Assembly: GCA_030324005.1 (NCBI GenBank)
Contig: JARDVH010000059.1
Coordinates: forward strand, 76,044,092-76,108,091
DNA: 64,000 nucleotides
From: Negaprion brevirostris
Lineage: Eukaryota
Direction of reading: 5' to 3'
The notes beneath the pieces were generated by a model that saw only the letters and a list, made by a program, of their open reading frames with translations, was not told where the DNA came from and did no database searches. How positions within the stretch are numbered: the stretch's first letter is position 1; each line of letters begins with the position of its first letter. This document shows, piece after piece, positions 13,291-25,853 of this stretch. A program made the position numbers and the translations under genes.

Positions 13291-14331
13291 TGATATACTG
13301 CTTCAATGAGATGACATAATTTTAAGATAATCAAGATTAACTACAGAGATATTAGTAAGATTCCTTTGCAGAAGATGGTTATAATGTAGAATCATGACCA
13401 CAAACAGTTGTTGANNNNNNNNNNNNNNNNNNNNNNNNNNNNNNNNNNNNNNNNNNNNNNNNNNNNNNNNNNNNNNNNNNNNNNNNNNNNNNNNNNNNNN
13501 NNNNNNNNNNNNNNACAAACAGTTGTTGAAGCAAAATCTGGTAAGGAAAGATTAATTGACAACAGTATGTACTGAATAGCAAGCCCAAAGTTGCTTACTA
13601 AAGACGTATTGACTGTAAACCTGCTCCATATTTAATTCTCTCCAATGCCACACTCCCAAGCACATTTACAGCTCCTTCACTGCATTTCATTGATACACAT
13701 CCTCAGTGCACTTCAGCTCTGAATGCAACATAGAACTGAAAGCTTTGTGATGGTCAATACCATACCTCAAGCCAATGCAACACTGTCTAGATATAGGTTA
13801 TTTTACAGAGTACAAATTGGTATGCAGATTACTGACATCTATATTCCTTCAAGTTCCAGCATCTCAGTGCTGCAGTTAGGGCTGTGCAAGATGTCAGAAT
13901 CACAACCTTCAGAAACTCTGTCCTTGAAGCAGAGATACCCAAGACACATCTAATCAAACACCATAAAGCAGATGTGTAGACTGCATATGAGTGAAGGAAG
14001 ATCTTTGCTAGTCTCAGGTGCAGGTAGATCTTGCTTTGATCATTATTACAATGCAACCTTTAAATCCCCTGACAACTTTGGTAGAATTCATAGACGGTTT
14101 GTATTGCAACATTTTAGAGTATTTTAAGGACGTGAAATGTAACAAGGAGGAAAAATAAGCAAAGACAAAGTGAAAAGGAAATCCAAAGGATCATCAGCAA
14201 TTCAATGGGAATGAAAATCAAACATTTTTCTATTATATAGTTTGGCTACAAGATTAGTTTTATGTCCAGACAGCAAGTTCAAAATCTATCCTAAAGTAAG
14301 TACTCCATTTCTGGAATGAAAATGGAATTAC

Positions 14332-14430
14332 CTTGGTGATGTGTGTAGTGGTTGTGGTACTTGAAGTTTCTGAGGTGATCGTCTGAGCACTCATTAGAAC
14401 TCCTGGGTCACTGTCAGCACTCGAATCCAA
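14332..14430 (-). CDS. EPB41L3: EPB41L3 exon, 4.1 CTD
   Basis: TTTGCCAG acceptor, AAG|GTAATT donor; LDSSADSDPGVLMSAQTITSETSSTTTTTHITK. Confidence 0.97.
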
Positions 14431-15509
14431 CTGGCAAAAAGAAATGAAACAGAAACTCACTCATTTTTTTGGTAAATTTCATCAGTATTACAATGAAGTA
14501 GAAGCTGTAGCAAGAAAAATGCTTCTCTTTTTTAAATTTCTTCAGCTGTGGGAAAGTTTTGTGAAAAAAAAACAAACATGCACTTTTAATGAACAGAAGT
14601 CAAGGTCTCTGTTGGAAGTATGCATTTGGTATTAATTGCTTATGAGAAAGATGGCTCCAGATTCTGAAGCAGATTTGTCCCAAAGGTTAGATTAGAAGTG
14701 AGTATTTGAGCTAAACTTCGCAATTAGTTGGAAACTTTTGAACTATAAATCTATGCATATATGTCTATTCCTTTCGTTATCATTTTTGAGTATTATTTGC
14801 ATCTTCTGAACTCAACTTTAGTATGGACATTCCTTCTTTGCTTGGGCCAACAATGGCCTACTGCATTTGGCTTCCACTCATTTTGCAACATCTTTGGGTC
14901 TCCCAGCCATTTACCTTTCAATACTAAAACTATTTCTCCCTGCTGCAGCTTTGCAGTAAGCTCTACTTTTAGAATATTAAGAGGGATATTTCACACTTTT
15001 ACTAACTCTCTTGCAAATGTTGGCACTAGCTGGCTGCTTTTACTGACTGTACTAATGCTCAGTTAGTTTCAGGCTTCTCCAATGGGCTGCATATAGCCCA
15101 TGATCATATTTCCCATCCCACTCAGATTTTTAGTGTCTCACGCTAATTGTCTCTCCTCTGCACTCAGAACTCCACATCTGCATTTCCTGCCCTGCTTACA
15201 GATGTATCATGGCAGCACCATGTAAGCTAGCCACACTGCAGCTTCTGACACTGCCTGCTCATGTTACAACCCCATCCTCTTCAAATCCTTAAGTACAGTT
15301 CTTAGTCAAAAGGGTTACTTAGACAATTAAACAATTTGTAATTAAACAAAGTATTGATGTTCCTATTGTATCTTAGATCCTCCAGTTTTCACAAACTACT
15401 TTATAACAAATACTTGATACATACTATTCATCATTGTCTGTAAGCAATTTACTAGTAGTTGATAATTAAATTGTGCATCTTTTTAAACTTTAACTTCAGG
15501 TTTCAGGGA

Positions 15510-15737
15510 AGAGGGCGGGCGTTGCGAGAANNNNNNNNNNNNNNNNNNNNNNNNNNNNNNNNNNNNNNNNNNNNNNNNNNNNNNNNNNNNNNNNNNNNNN
15601 NNNNNNNNNNNNNNNNNNNNNNNNNNNNNNACAGGCGCGCAGAGGGCGGGCGTTGCGAGAAACAGGCGCGCAGAGGGCGGGCGTTGCGAGAAACAGGCGC
15701 GCAGAGGGCGGGCGTTGCGAGAAACAGGCGCGCAGAG
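15510..15737 (+). repeat. GC/CpG-rich 31-bp minisatellite spanning a gap
   Basis: Unit ACAGGCGCGCAGAGGGCGGGCGTTGCGAGAA starts at 15631, 15662, 15693 and 15724 (partial), with another partial unit before the gap. Confidence 0.95.
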
Positions 15738-15934
15738 GTCCACGTGTGACATCACTGGAAAGCAGCTAAGTGATTAGATAAGTTAAATAGAAAATACTTG
15801 GCCAAAGCTGGATTTTGAAGAGTTAGAACATCAATTGAAATAATAAGAATGGAAGCATAGACAGAGCTAACAGAATTGATTAAAATTTAATTTAAAAATA
15901 CTTTTTGTATTCAACTAGCTAATTAAATAAACTG

Positions 15935-16360
15935 TCTTGCCCAAAGAACGGTGGAGGCTGGGTCATTGAATATTTTTAAGGTGGAGTTAGATTTTTGAGT
16001 GATAAAGAAGTTAGAGTATTGGGGGTGGGGGTGCTTGGGAATGATAAGACAGCGAAACACAAGCATTAATCAGATCTTTTTCCTTTCATTTGTTCATAGG
16101 ATATGGGCATCACTGCATAGGCCAGCTTTCATAGCCCATCCCTAACTTTTGTAACTGTCCTCAAGGTGATAGTGGTGTGTTGTCTTCTTGAACTACTGCT
16201 GTCCATATGTTGTTGGAACACCCACGGAAATGTAAAGAAGAGAGTGCCATGATTTTTACCCAACGAGAGTGAAGGAATCTGCTACAGTTCAGCTATGATC
16301 TTATCAAATGGCGGCAAAGGCTCGAGGGGCTGAATGGCCTACTCCTCTTAATTCTATGTA
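15935..16360 (+). mobile_element. CR1 3' fragment interrupted by an inverted retroposon tail (about 16080-16285)
   Basis: gtggaggctgggtcattgaatatttttaagg... and ...ctcgaggggctgaatggcctactcct flank an insert similar to 34525-34620. Confidence 0.55.
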
Positions 16361-16432
16361 GCTTCATACACATTGAATTGTCATTACAAAAATAAGTCTA
16401 CGCTGGTCACACAGATTAGCTAAATCTGTTAC

Positions 16433-16561
16433 CTTTGCTGATTCATAGGTGATTGTTTTAGTCTCGGTGTGAACAACAGGCACATCCTTTGTGCAGATTT
16501 CCTTTCCATCCTCCTGACACACACTGCCAAAGCTGACTGTTTCAGTTTTCACAACAGGTGG
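16433..16561 (-). CDS. EPB41L3: EPB41L3 exon, start of 4.1 C-terminal domain
   Basis: TTTTAG acceptor, AAG|GTAACA donor; PPVVKTETVSFGSVCQEDGKEICTKDVPVVHTETKTITYESAK. Confidence 0.97.
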
Positions 16562-17684
16562 CTAAAAGATAAAGGACAAATAAATCCTCAAGTGTGAGCA
16601 AACCTCATAACATTCTTCATTCTCAGCATTCAGCAACTGATGTTTTCTCAGTACCATACGCAGCATACCAGTTTCAGGGTGCGTTTCCCATGGTTTCCCT
16701 TCCTCTTTGGAAAGAGTCCAGGAGTGCCATATGCAAGGATTCCTATTCAAAGCAGACAAGCTTGATGCCCCTAAATTTACAATGGTGCCTTTTCTATTTG
16801 AAATTGGATGGAGTCCATATGTAAACATGAGTCTCCAATAGTTATTTCCAAGAACATAATGCCACAAACCATCAATGCATTTTTGGATCTATTCTGCTTG
16901 CCCAGCCATTTATGGTTAGGAAGTCAGGAACGCTGCAGATTTATAGTTGGCTGCACTCCTATAACAATAGCTAAATAGAAAAACAAAGTGTTGTAGCTTT
17001 CTACATTGTTCTCTTCTCTACAATCAGAATTTCAATTGTGAACAAGGACTGAAAAAGATAGCCTGGATTTTGTGGTCGTAATGAGAGAAAAACCTGTCAA
17101 AGTTTGGCTTCAGTCCTCTGAAACCAAACGTAATTTCTGAAGCCAACACATGTGCAATTACATGCAGAAATTCAGAAATGTTAGTAGCTCTCCAGAGGAT
17201 GTGCCGTCTTGCAGAAGTCCACGCAGACTTTAAACAATTAAAAAGCACTGACCTGATAAGAATTTCCAACTTTTCGTACAGTAATATCATGCAAAAACCT
17301 TTGACAATATTATGTCTCAGTGATGAAGTGTAAACTAGATTAATGGTGTACTAAGTTATAACAACTGCCAAACAATCTTACTGGCTCTGGAAACTTGTAA
17401 CCCAAACTCACTATTCTGATAAAATGAATTTGTTACTTAGGTGTTTTTTTTTAGAAAAAGCATTTGATATTTTAGCTTCTAATTAAAAAGTGAAGGATAA
17501 TCAGTGCATTTTATTTCCTGGTTTGCTGTTCTCACTATGTTATTTCATATAATGACCAGTACGCAACCTGTTCACTTGGAAGGTGCCCAACAGCAAGTTA
17601 AATTGCTGTTGATTTTTGTCCACGAGTTAGTTTAGAAATGACAAAGAAAGCTATGTTTCTTTGACGATTATAGAGATTTTTTTA

Positions 17685-18003
17685 GAGTTCATAGAATCCT
17701 ACAGTGCAGCAAGAGGCCCTTCAGCCCATCGAGTCTGCACTGAACACAATCCCACCCAGACCCTACCCCCATATCCCTCTAACCTACACATCCCTAGACA
17801 CTCAGGGGCAATTTCTTAGCACAGCCAATCAACCTAACCCGCACATCTTTGGACTGCGGGAGGAAACTGGAGTACCCGGAGGAAACCCACGCAGACATGA
17901 GGAGAATGTGCAAACTCCAAACAGACAGTGACCCGAGCCAGGAATTGAACTCAGGACCCTGGAGCTGTGAAGCAGCAGTGCTAACCACTGTGCTACCGTG
18001 CCC
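17685..18003 (-). mobile_element. HE1-like V-SINE, tail type A
   Basis: Near full-length head (GGCACGGTAGCACAGTGGTTAGCACTGCTG), core and CR1-type tail. Confidence 0.88.
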
Positions 18004-18190
18004 ATCCCTGGTTGCCCTTCTCAAGAACAACCAGGAATAGGCAATAAATGTTGGTTTTACCCATGATGCCCACATCCTGAGAATATATGAAAAAGATGCT
18101 CTTGATTCTAGTTCTGTCTCGTTTCTCTCCACTGAGACAACTCATAGCCCAAGGGTCAATTTTCCCAATAACTAAATATGAATGAAGTTA

Positions 18191-18390
18191 TAACAAAGCC
18201 AGAAATAGCTGACAGCACTCAGCAACTTGATCGTATCTGTGGAGAACGCTGAGAATGTGATGGTTTGGGTGTAGCTGTTTTGAGAACTCTTGACTTTCTC
18301 TGTAAGCGCTGCCTGACCTGCTGAGGGTCTCCAGGACTTTTTGGATTTTACTTCAGGTTTGCAGGTTCTGCAGTGTAATTTCTTTGCTTT
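18191..18390. mobile_element. Palindromic Penelope-like remnant
   Basis: Same inverted-arm layout as 10865-11066 (CACTCAGCA ... GACCTGCTGAG). Confidence 0.5.
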
Positions 18391-18637
18391 CTATGTTTAT
18401 TACTGAATATATCACTGGCCCAATTTGGAAACTATGTGTGGAAAGTATGCTGAGCAATGAAAATAAATAGATGAGTGGCTCCACTAAAATAGCAGAGAAA
18501 TTTGATCGGAACATTTTAAGTGCTCAGATGATATCGCGCAATATAATTTCCCGACTGTAATCAGAAGACATTAATGCATTGCAAGTGGTCTTAATCAACA
18601 GGTAATTCTAAACACACATCAAATACAATGTGACATT

Positions 18638-18712
18638 TGTGTCTGTGCGTGTGTGCGCGTGTCTGTGTGAGTGTGTGCACGTATGTGAGGTGTGCGTGTG
18701 CGTGAGGTGTGA
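18638..18712 (+). repeat. Degenerate (GT)n microsatellite
   Basis: tgtgtctgtgcgtgtgtgcgcgtgtctgtgtgagtgtgtg... Confidence 0.85.
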
Positions 18713-18717
18713 GAGAC

Positions 18718-18885
18718 GGGGATAGAATATAAAAGCAGGGAGGTCTTGCTGCAACAGTACAGGGCACTGGTGAGGCCACAGCTGGAGTACTGTGTGCAGT
18801 TTTGGTCGCTGCACTTGCGCAAGGATATTTTGGCCTTGGAGGGAGTGCAGAGGAGGTTCACTAGGCTGATACCGGAGATGAGGGG
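18718..18885 (+). mobile_element. CR1 ORF2 fragment (RT C-terminal region)
   Basis: IEYKSREVLLQQYRALVRPQLEYCVQFWSLHLRKDILALEGVQRRFTRLIPEMR; runs into a gap. Confidence 0.9.
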
Positions 18886-18985
18886 NNNNNNNNNNNNNNN
18901 NNNNNNNNNNNNNNNNNNNNNNNNNNNNNNNNNNNNNNNNNNNNNNNNNNNNNNNNNNNNNNNNNNNNNNNNNNNNNNNNNNNNN

Positions 18986-19068
18986 ACAGACAGTGACCCG
19001 AGCCAGGAATTGAACCCAGGACCCTAGAGCTGTGAAGCAGCAGTGCTAACCACTGTGCTACCGTGCCG
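18986..19068 (-). mobile_element. V-SINE 5' head (remainder in gap)
   Basis: Near-identical to 17921-18002. Confidence 0.85.
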
Positions 19069-19609
19069 TCCAAAGTGACATTTGGTACTGTTCAAACAAA
19101 AATTTTAGTTTTTCCTTTTTGTATTGAAAAGGAAAGCTTTTTTTCTCTTTCAGTTATGTTTTATAGAATGAAGACTTCATTTAAAACAGTGTACTTATTA
19201 TTTATATATATAAAATATGTGAGCCTATTTTACCATTTAGTATGTTCACAACTGATTTTTTAAATCTCAATTCCTCTTTCACACGATCTCATATCCCTCA
19301 ACTCTGAGTCTCTCTCAGCAGTGAAGGTACTCAACTACGTAGACCCACAGCCTTTGGAATTGAGAACTGCAAAAATTCAGAACCGTTTGAGTAAATTATT
19401 TGACTCCTTATCCAGAGACTAAGCTCCTCAGCTTCAGACTCCACTGCCAGGAAAACAACCTCAACTTCTGTCTGGTCAACCCTTCTTGTACGATTCAATG
19501 AGATCACCTTTCAAATCTTCTGAGCTTCACATTACTTAACCTCTCATCACAGGAATCAATCTCATGATTCTTCACTGTACTGCCTCTAAGATAAGTACAT
19601 CCTTCTTTT

Positions 19610-19906
19610 GATGGTGGCACAGTGATTAGAACTGCTGCTGCACAGTGCCAGGGACCTGGGTTCAATTCCTGGCTTGGGTCACTATCTGTGTGGCGTTTGC
19701 ACATTCTCCCTGCGTCTGCTTGGGTTTTCTCCATGTGCTCCCGTTTCCTCCCACAGCCCAACAATGTGCAGGTTAGGTGCAATGGCCATGCTAAATTCTC
19801 CCTCAGTGTACCTGAACAGGCACTAGAGTGTGGTGACTAGGGGATTTTCATAGTAGGTTCATTCAGTGTGAATGTAAGCCTACTTGTGATGAATAAATAA
19901 ACTTTA
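19610..19906 (+). mobile_element. V-SINE, tail type B
   Basis: Head and core plus GACTAGGGGATTTTCA...GTAAGCCTACTTGTGATGAATAAATAAACTTT tail. Confidence 0.88.
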
Positions 19907-20292
19907 AAACTGTGCACATCCAATCACCCTCTGTAAAGTGATTCAAAAACGAAGGGCAAGTTTTGTTTTACTTCCTGCCATATCACAGAAACTGGGCCAA
20001 AAAGTGAAACGGAACATGTAAAATAACACTTGACAATTTAATCTTCTTTCAAACAAAAATAACTTTAAGGTTTTTACATTATTGAATTAACAGTAATGCA
20101 GGTGAGATTTCACACCAAATTTAGCAAGGTTCCTTACTCTTCTAGTTCAACCCACTTGCAATGAAGTCCACCATGCAAGTGACTTCTTAACAGTTTGCTG
20201 TACCTGCATGTGAACTCATGTCCCAGATTTAGAAAAAAAACACAAACTACACCAAAATCATTAGATGCTTGCATTTTAGAAAAGTGGAGCTG

Positions 20293-20560
20293 AGTGGTTA
20301 GCACTGCTGCCTCGCAGCACCAGGGACTTGGGTTTGATTCCCTGTTTGGGACACTGTGTGGGGTCAACACATTTTCCCTCTGTCTGTGGGGGTTTCCTTC
20401 GGGTGCTCTGGTTTCCTCCCATAGTCTGAAAGACATGTTGGTTAGGTGCACTGGCCTGCTAAATTCTCCCTCAGTGTACCCCAAAAGGCACCAGAGTGTG
20501 GTGACGGGGGGATTTTTACAGTAACTTTATTGCAGTGTTACTAAACCAATAATAAATAAG
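20293..20560 (+). mobile_element. V-SINE, tail type B
   Basis: AGTGGTTAGCACTGCTGCCTC head, core, GGGGATTTTTACAGTAACTTTATTGCAG tail. Confidence 0.85.
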
Positions 20561-21770
20561 AAACTAAATTCAGTGTTTTTTTGCATAAAATCCCAGCAGT
20601 CTACTCTGACATTTTTGTCTTACAAATCTAGGCACAGATTTTGCAGTTGAAATGATGGAAGCAACTTCTGGTGCCTGCACATGTGCAGTTNNNNNNNNNN
20701 NNNNNNNNNNNNNNNNNNNNNNNNNNNNNNNNNNNNNNNNNNNNNNNNNNNNNNNNNNNNNNNNNNNNNNNNNNNNNNNNNNNNNNNNNNNNNNNNNNNN
20801 NNNNNNNNNNNNNNNNNNNNNNNNNNNNNNNNNNNNNNNNNNNNNNNNNNNNNNNNNNNNNNNNNNNNNNNNNNNNNNNNNNNNNTTGAACAATCTCTCT
20901 GGCCCTAAAGGCCTAATTAAGAAATATAAAATTTCTCCACTATGACAAAATTCCCATAGAATTTTAAAATAAAACTATTTTTAAAGTCTGTTTGCCATTT
21001 CAACTTCTATCTTAATCTCATGTGCACGACCTAATCTTTATCTTGCATGCTGTAAAGTCATTAGCGAGTGAATGATAACCAATGTTGTATACTTCTTGCT
21101 TTGCTCTCTGAGAATTTAATGATGCGAATGGCTGCGTAATCAGCTTGATACCATAATTATTACAGGAAACAAAAAGATCCCCTGTAGTTGGCGCCAGTAT
21201 GAAATTAATATTCATAAGGATGAAATCCACACTGCTGGGGACAGCTTTGAGGTCAGCGAGTACTGGCATTTCACCACTGGCCACAAAATCCAGACTATTC
21301 TTTTGAGCACAATCTATTGGTTGAATGCACATTGAAAACTTTACTTCAGAAATTGGCCAAAGAAGAGGAAAACAATGTGGAAAAATCATCTGATTGAGTT
21401 TAACCCTCTTTTCAGAGGAATCAAAGTAATTCTAATCTCTAAAATAATTTTATATTAAAAAAGTTATAATTTTTTTAGACCATACTAAACTAAGATTTGA
21501 AGATATTTGGTGTTGGTCAAGTCCCTTAATTCAGGAAGGAACTTAAAATTTGAGTTAGATTAACCAAGTGGTGCATTGGTCCCAGACATTTACAATAAAG
21601 TAATTTGATTTTGCAAACAGTGATTATAAAATATCAAAAATAGAAAGCAGCACATCACCCACAAGTTAAGCTAAAAGCACCGCAAGCTTGCAAGAGGCAC
21701 TTGATTAAAGAAATTGCAGCAGAACAAATAGTAGCATTTCAAAATCAATGGTGAGATGACTGTAGGCACA

Positions 21771-21918
21771 AGGGGCTCATTTTAACACAGCCCATTCAGA
21801 GCGAAAGGCTCAGATATCCATTTTACACTCTGCCTGAATTTACTTTCCAAACTAGTCGAAAAGCAAAATTCAGCTCTGGGCAGTTCGCAGTCGACCAGTT
21901 GTGGTTAAAATGACCCCT
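21771..21918. mobile_element. MITE-like element with terminal inverted repeats
   Basis: AGGGGCTCATTTTAACAC at the left versus GTGGTTAAAATGACCCCT at the right (reverse complement AGGGGTCATTTTAACCAC). Confidence 0.6.
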
Positions 21919-22146
21919 TTGGTTTGTAAATAACAAGGACAATAAACATCAGCCTTGCATTAAGTGTGCTTCAAAATCACTTGACTCAATAGAAATTAAT
22001 GATAGTCAATCTTTTTGCAGTTCATGCAAGTCAGCTGCTCTGCTGTCTTTTTTCCCATAGGTTTTTGCAAATGTACAAAGAAACAAATAGATTAAATGAG
22101 AATGATTAATGGTGACAGTTGGTAAGAGGTGAGGGAAACCAGTTAC

Positions 22147-22563
22147 CTCAAACTGAGGTTTGTCTTCAGATTTATCTGAAGGCTTGCCTATCATTTCGGG
22201 CTGTTTCTCCCACCCTTGAACAGAAGCAGATACTTCTGCAACTTCAGTTACTGCATTATCCACTTTGGGACTCGCCATCTCCCTCTTGTCCTCTTTGGTT
22301 TCCATGGTCGCCAGGCAACTCAGACCCACTGCATCACCAGATGAGTGAGCTTTGCTCGCCTCTGCTATAGTATCCCACTCAACTCCTGCCAGCTTAGCAC
22401 ATAGAGCGGAAGCATCCTTGCTTGCATGCACATTCATCACATGCTCCTCTTCCATCACCATTGTTTCCTGTATAACCTTCGTCGTCTTCTCCTGTTCATG
22501 GGTTTCATGTTGCACTACTTTGGAGCTTACTTCCCAGTTCATTTCAGATTTCATTTCAGATTT
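22147..22563 (-). CDS. EPB41L3: EPB41L3 417-bp U3 exon
   Basis: T tract + CCCTAG acceptor, GAG|GTAACT donor; KSEMKSEMNW...KVIQETMVMEEEHVMNVHASKDAS...EDKPQFE (cf. KVVQETVLVEE..VHASGDAS..KPHFE). Confidence 0.93.
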
Positions 22564-23829
22564 CTAGGGACAAAAAAAAAAACCTCTGCTATGACAATAC
22601 GTCGTAAAATGTAATTATTTCACTATAGCAACCAGTAAAGGATTTACAATTGAGGCACAGAAGTCTCAATTTTCTTAAATCCCTATTTGACCCAACTATA
22701 CATTCATTAAAATTGAACTTAAAAAAATACTTTATCCAGGACATCCAAATAATCAGCAGACCCAAGTATTGTAAAACCTTAAAATCTCACAGCTTAGTGA
22801 GTATAATGCATATTCTGTGTAGGAAGCATACATTGATTTTGTAAAAAAGGTTTTCATCACAGTGCTCCATCTAAAGCATGCTTTCGGTGCAGAATGCATA
22901 CAAAAGAAATTTTAATGTAAAAATAAAAATGCACAGATAATTTGAGCTTTCTCCTATTATTTTCCTTCTTTTGTCAGCATATTGAAACTGCTCCATTGTA
23001 GAATTTTTCACTCAGTTTGTAGGCACGTATTATAAAATCTCTCGCCAGCAACAATCATGAAATTGGCATAGTTTTCAAAGCAGGCATTGATTTAAAGAAT
23101 GCAACATTTCTGCAGTCACAGAACAGATTCTGAATCTGTGGTAAGGAATAGAAATCAGCATCAGCATCACAATTCTTGAAAATGATCTCTGAAAAAAATT
23201 TTCAGTCACAATGCACATACTGGTAAGTTTTTTTGGAAAGAGATAAAGTAGAGAAAGCACAATGCTCTGTAACTTTAAATCAAAAATAAAAAACTAAATG
23301 GCAGAAGCTACATACAGTCAAATACTCTGATATGCAACCCACCAGCTCGAATAGTTTTCTCATCTGCACTTTGGCTGTTGTTAAGTCTTTACTGCAAACC
23401 CTACTGCCTTACTGATCAAGCATGTCAAGTTCATAACAGAAATATTCAGAACCAGTTCTATTATGTACTTGAAATTTTACTTATCTTTTGTGGTTATAGA
23501 TTTTGACAAATTCCAAAGTTTAAGTAACGTGGAGAATATAGGAAGATACTGTGGCAAAGTGGAGTTTCCTTTTTGGAACCTGCTCTTCCATGAAACAAAC
23601 CCAAATCTAAGCATACATTACCATCCTTAATACCACTAAAATTCAACAATTAGGCTGCTTTCTAAAAAAGAAATCAGACTGGATTTCAATAAATTCAAAA
23701 ATGGTCAAAAGAAAATGAACAGAAATGCAAAGTTGATGACCATGCCATCATGCATTTCAGAAACAGAAGGAATGACCTATCAAAATTATACACACATGCA
23801 CTGAAATGATAGGCCCAAGAGTTATCGCA

Positions 23830-24060
23830 GAATCATAGCCTGTCAAGTTTATGCCAGTTCAGTGCAAGAGCAACTCTGCTGGTCTCACTTCCTTGTCCTT
23901 TCCTTATAGTCCTGCACATGCATTCCAGTTTCCTTTTGAAAGGGACAGTTGAAATGTGCCTCCACCATCCTCTCGAGCAGATCTTAACCACTTTCTGCAT
24001 AAAAAGGTTCTTCCTCATGTTATTTCTTTTGCCAATCTCCTTTAATCAGTGTCCTCTGCT
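23830..24060 (-). mobile_element. Degenerate CR1 3' fragment
   Basis: MRKNLFMQKVVKI...FKRKLE resembles the CR1 ORF2 C-terminus. Confidence 0.55.
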
Positions 24061-24766
24061 TTCCTCAGAGCTGCTCGTGTCATTATCTTTGTTTGAAGTG
24101 CAGCAAGGATCTCATTGCCTCACGCAAACAACATTTCTCTGACACTTCTGGCAAATTTCTGGTGACAAACAGGAGCAACTCCAAGGAAACTCTCAGCATA
24201 AAATCATAAGGAATCTAAAACATGTACTTGTCTGCATTTCTCATCTCTGCACCACAGTGATGCATTATTAACCTGTGTACAAAGTGCTATTGTGGACAAT
24301 ACATTGTGAGGAAACATCCTTACTGTGCACCTTCTCTTAAAAGAATAATCTTCTAGCAAAACAGAGAATAAAACTTCCAAAAAAAATCTAAGATTACCAA
24401 CATAAAACAATTGCCAGTACAACTGTCTAAATGGTATATTTATTGCAAAAACATGCCATTTAACATTCAAGAAGCCATCTTAAAGCAGAAAATGCAATCC
24501 GACAAGATCAAGTGGCTGCAATTGTACGTTGTCACAATCCCACAATGTACTACTTACAGCTTCCGACACAGACACAAATGCAATTGGTTAAGCAATGTGC
24601 CTCAGATAATTTCATATTGGATGACTAAGGTGGTAGCTGGAACCATCATTCAAATGAAAGGTGCATTACTTCTAAATCTTACAATGGAAATACTTTACAA
24701 ACACAGAAGATTGTTTCTTAAACTTACTGGAGTGAAGATAAATTGATTGTGATAAATTAAACATGA

Positions 24767-24890
24767 AACACTTCACCTGATGAAGGAGTAGCGCTCCAAA
24801 AGCTTCTGATTTCAAATAAACCTACTGGACTATAAGCTGGTGTCCTGTGACCTCTCATCTTGTCCACCCCAGTCCAACACCAGCACCTCC
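24767..24890 (+). mobile_element. Short Penelope-like tail insertion with 13-bp direct repeats
   Basis: CACCTGATGAAGGAGTAGCGCTCCAAAAGC...AATAAACC...CCCCAGTCCAACACC flanked by AAATTAAACATGA at 24754-24766 and 24891-24903. Confidence 0.7.
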
Positions 24891-25475
24891 AAATTAAACA
24901 TGACAGCTCTGTAGCTTCAGAACAGACTTACTACAATTCAAGCACTTGATCACTGGTTCACTGTGAGGAAGCACCAAGTGGAGGCCGGAATATTCCCTAC
25001 ACAGACGGAAATTTGAGGGTCAATCATTCCCAGGTCAGTGTTGCAAACATCCTGGCCCTGGCTGCAGCTTTGAAAGTGACATCTGTAGGGGCCTGGTGAA
25101 AGTAGTTCTTAAGAGTAGTTAAGTTTGCCAAAGCCTCCAGGATTAAACTTAATTTCCAGGAATCAAAGAATAACCCACCTCAAGCAACTCAGAAGAAAAA
25201 AAATCAAAAAGGACCATTAGAAAAAGGTGATTTTTGTTTTAATTGAACCCTTCTGTTTATTTGTTATTAAAAAAATTTGAACAAGGCAGATTGACTGACA
25301 AGTCAAATCACCCAACTGGGGAATCATTGATATATGGAGGCAGTGCACCATGAACCTCCAAGGATATGTCCAACCAGAGCTAGAAACTCAAAGGATAGAT
25401 GATGTATAGAAGGAACAGAAGATAAGTTAAATAAGATAAAATGGTGTTCACACAAAAAAGGATAGTCCTCTCAAA

Positions 25476-25745
25476 GGTGACACTGTGGTTAGCACTGCTG
25501 CCTCACAGTGCCAGGCACCCAGGTTCGATTCCCAGCTTGGGTCACTGTCTGTGTGAAGTCTGCATGTTCTCCCCGTGTCTGCATGCGTTTCCTCTGGATG
25601 CTCCGGTTTCCTCCCACATGCTGAAAGACGTGCAGGTTAGGTGCATTGACCCAAAGAGGTGCCGGACTGTGACAACTAGGGGAATTTCACGGCAACTTCA
25701 CTGCAATATTACTGTAAGCCTTACTTGTGGCTAATAAATAAACTC
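25476..25745 (+). mobile_element. V-SINE, tail type B, internal deletion
   Basis: Head, core, then a direct jump to the tail ending GCTAATAAATAAAC. Confidence 0.85.
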
Positions 25746-25853
25746 CAAGTAAAGAAAAACATACTAGCAAACAGTGAGAAAGAAGTGGAACCAACAAAAA
25801 TGTCTTAAGCCCATCTCAGTGCAATGAATTTCTATAAAAGAATAAAAAGACAC

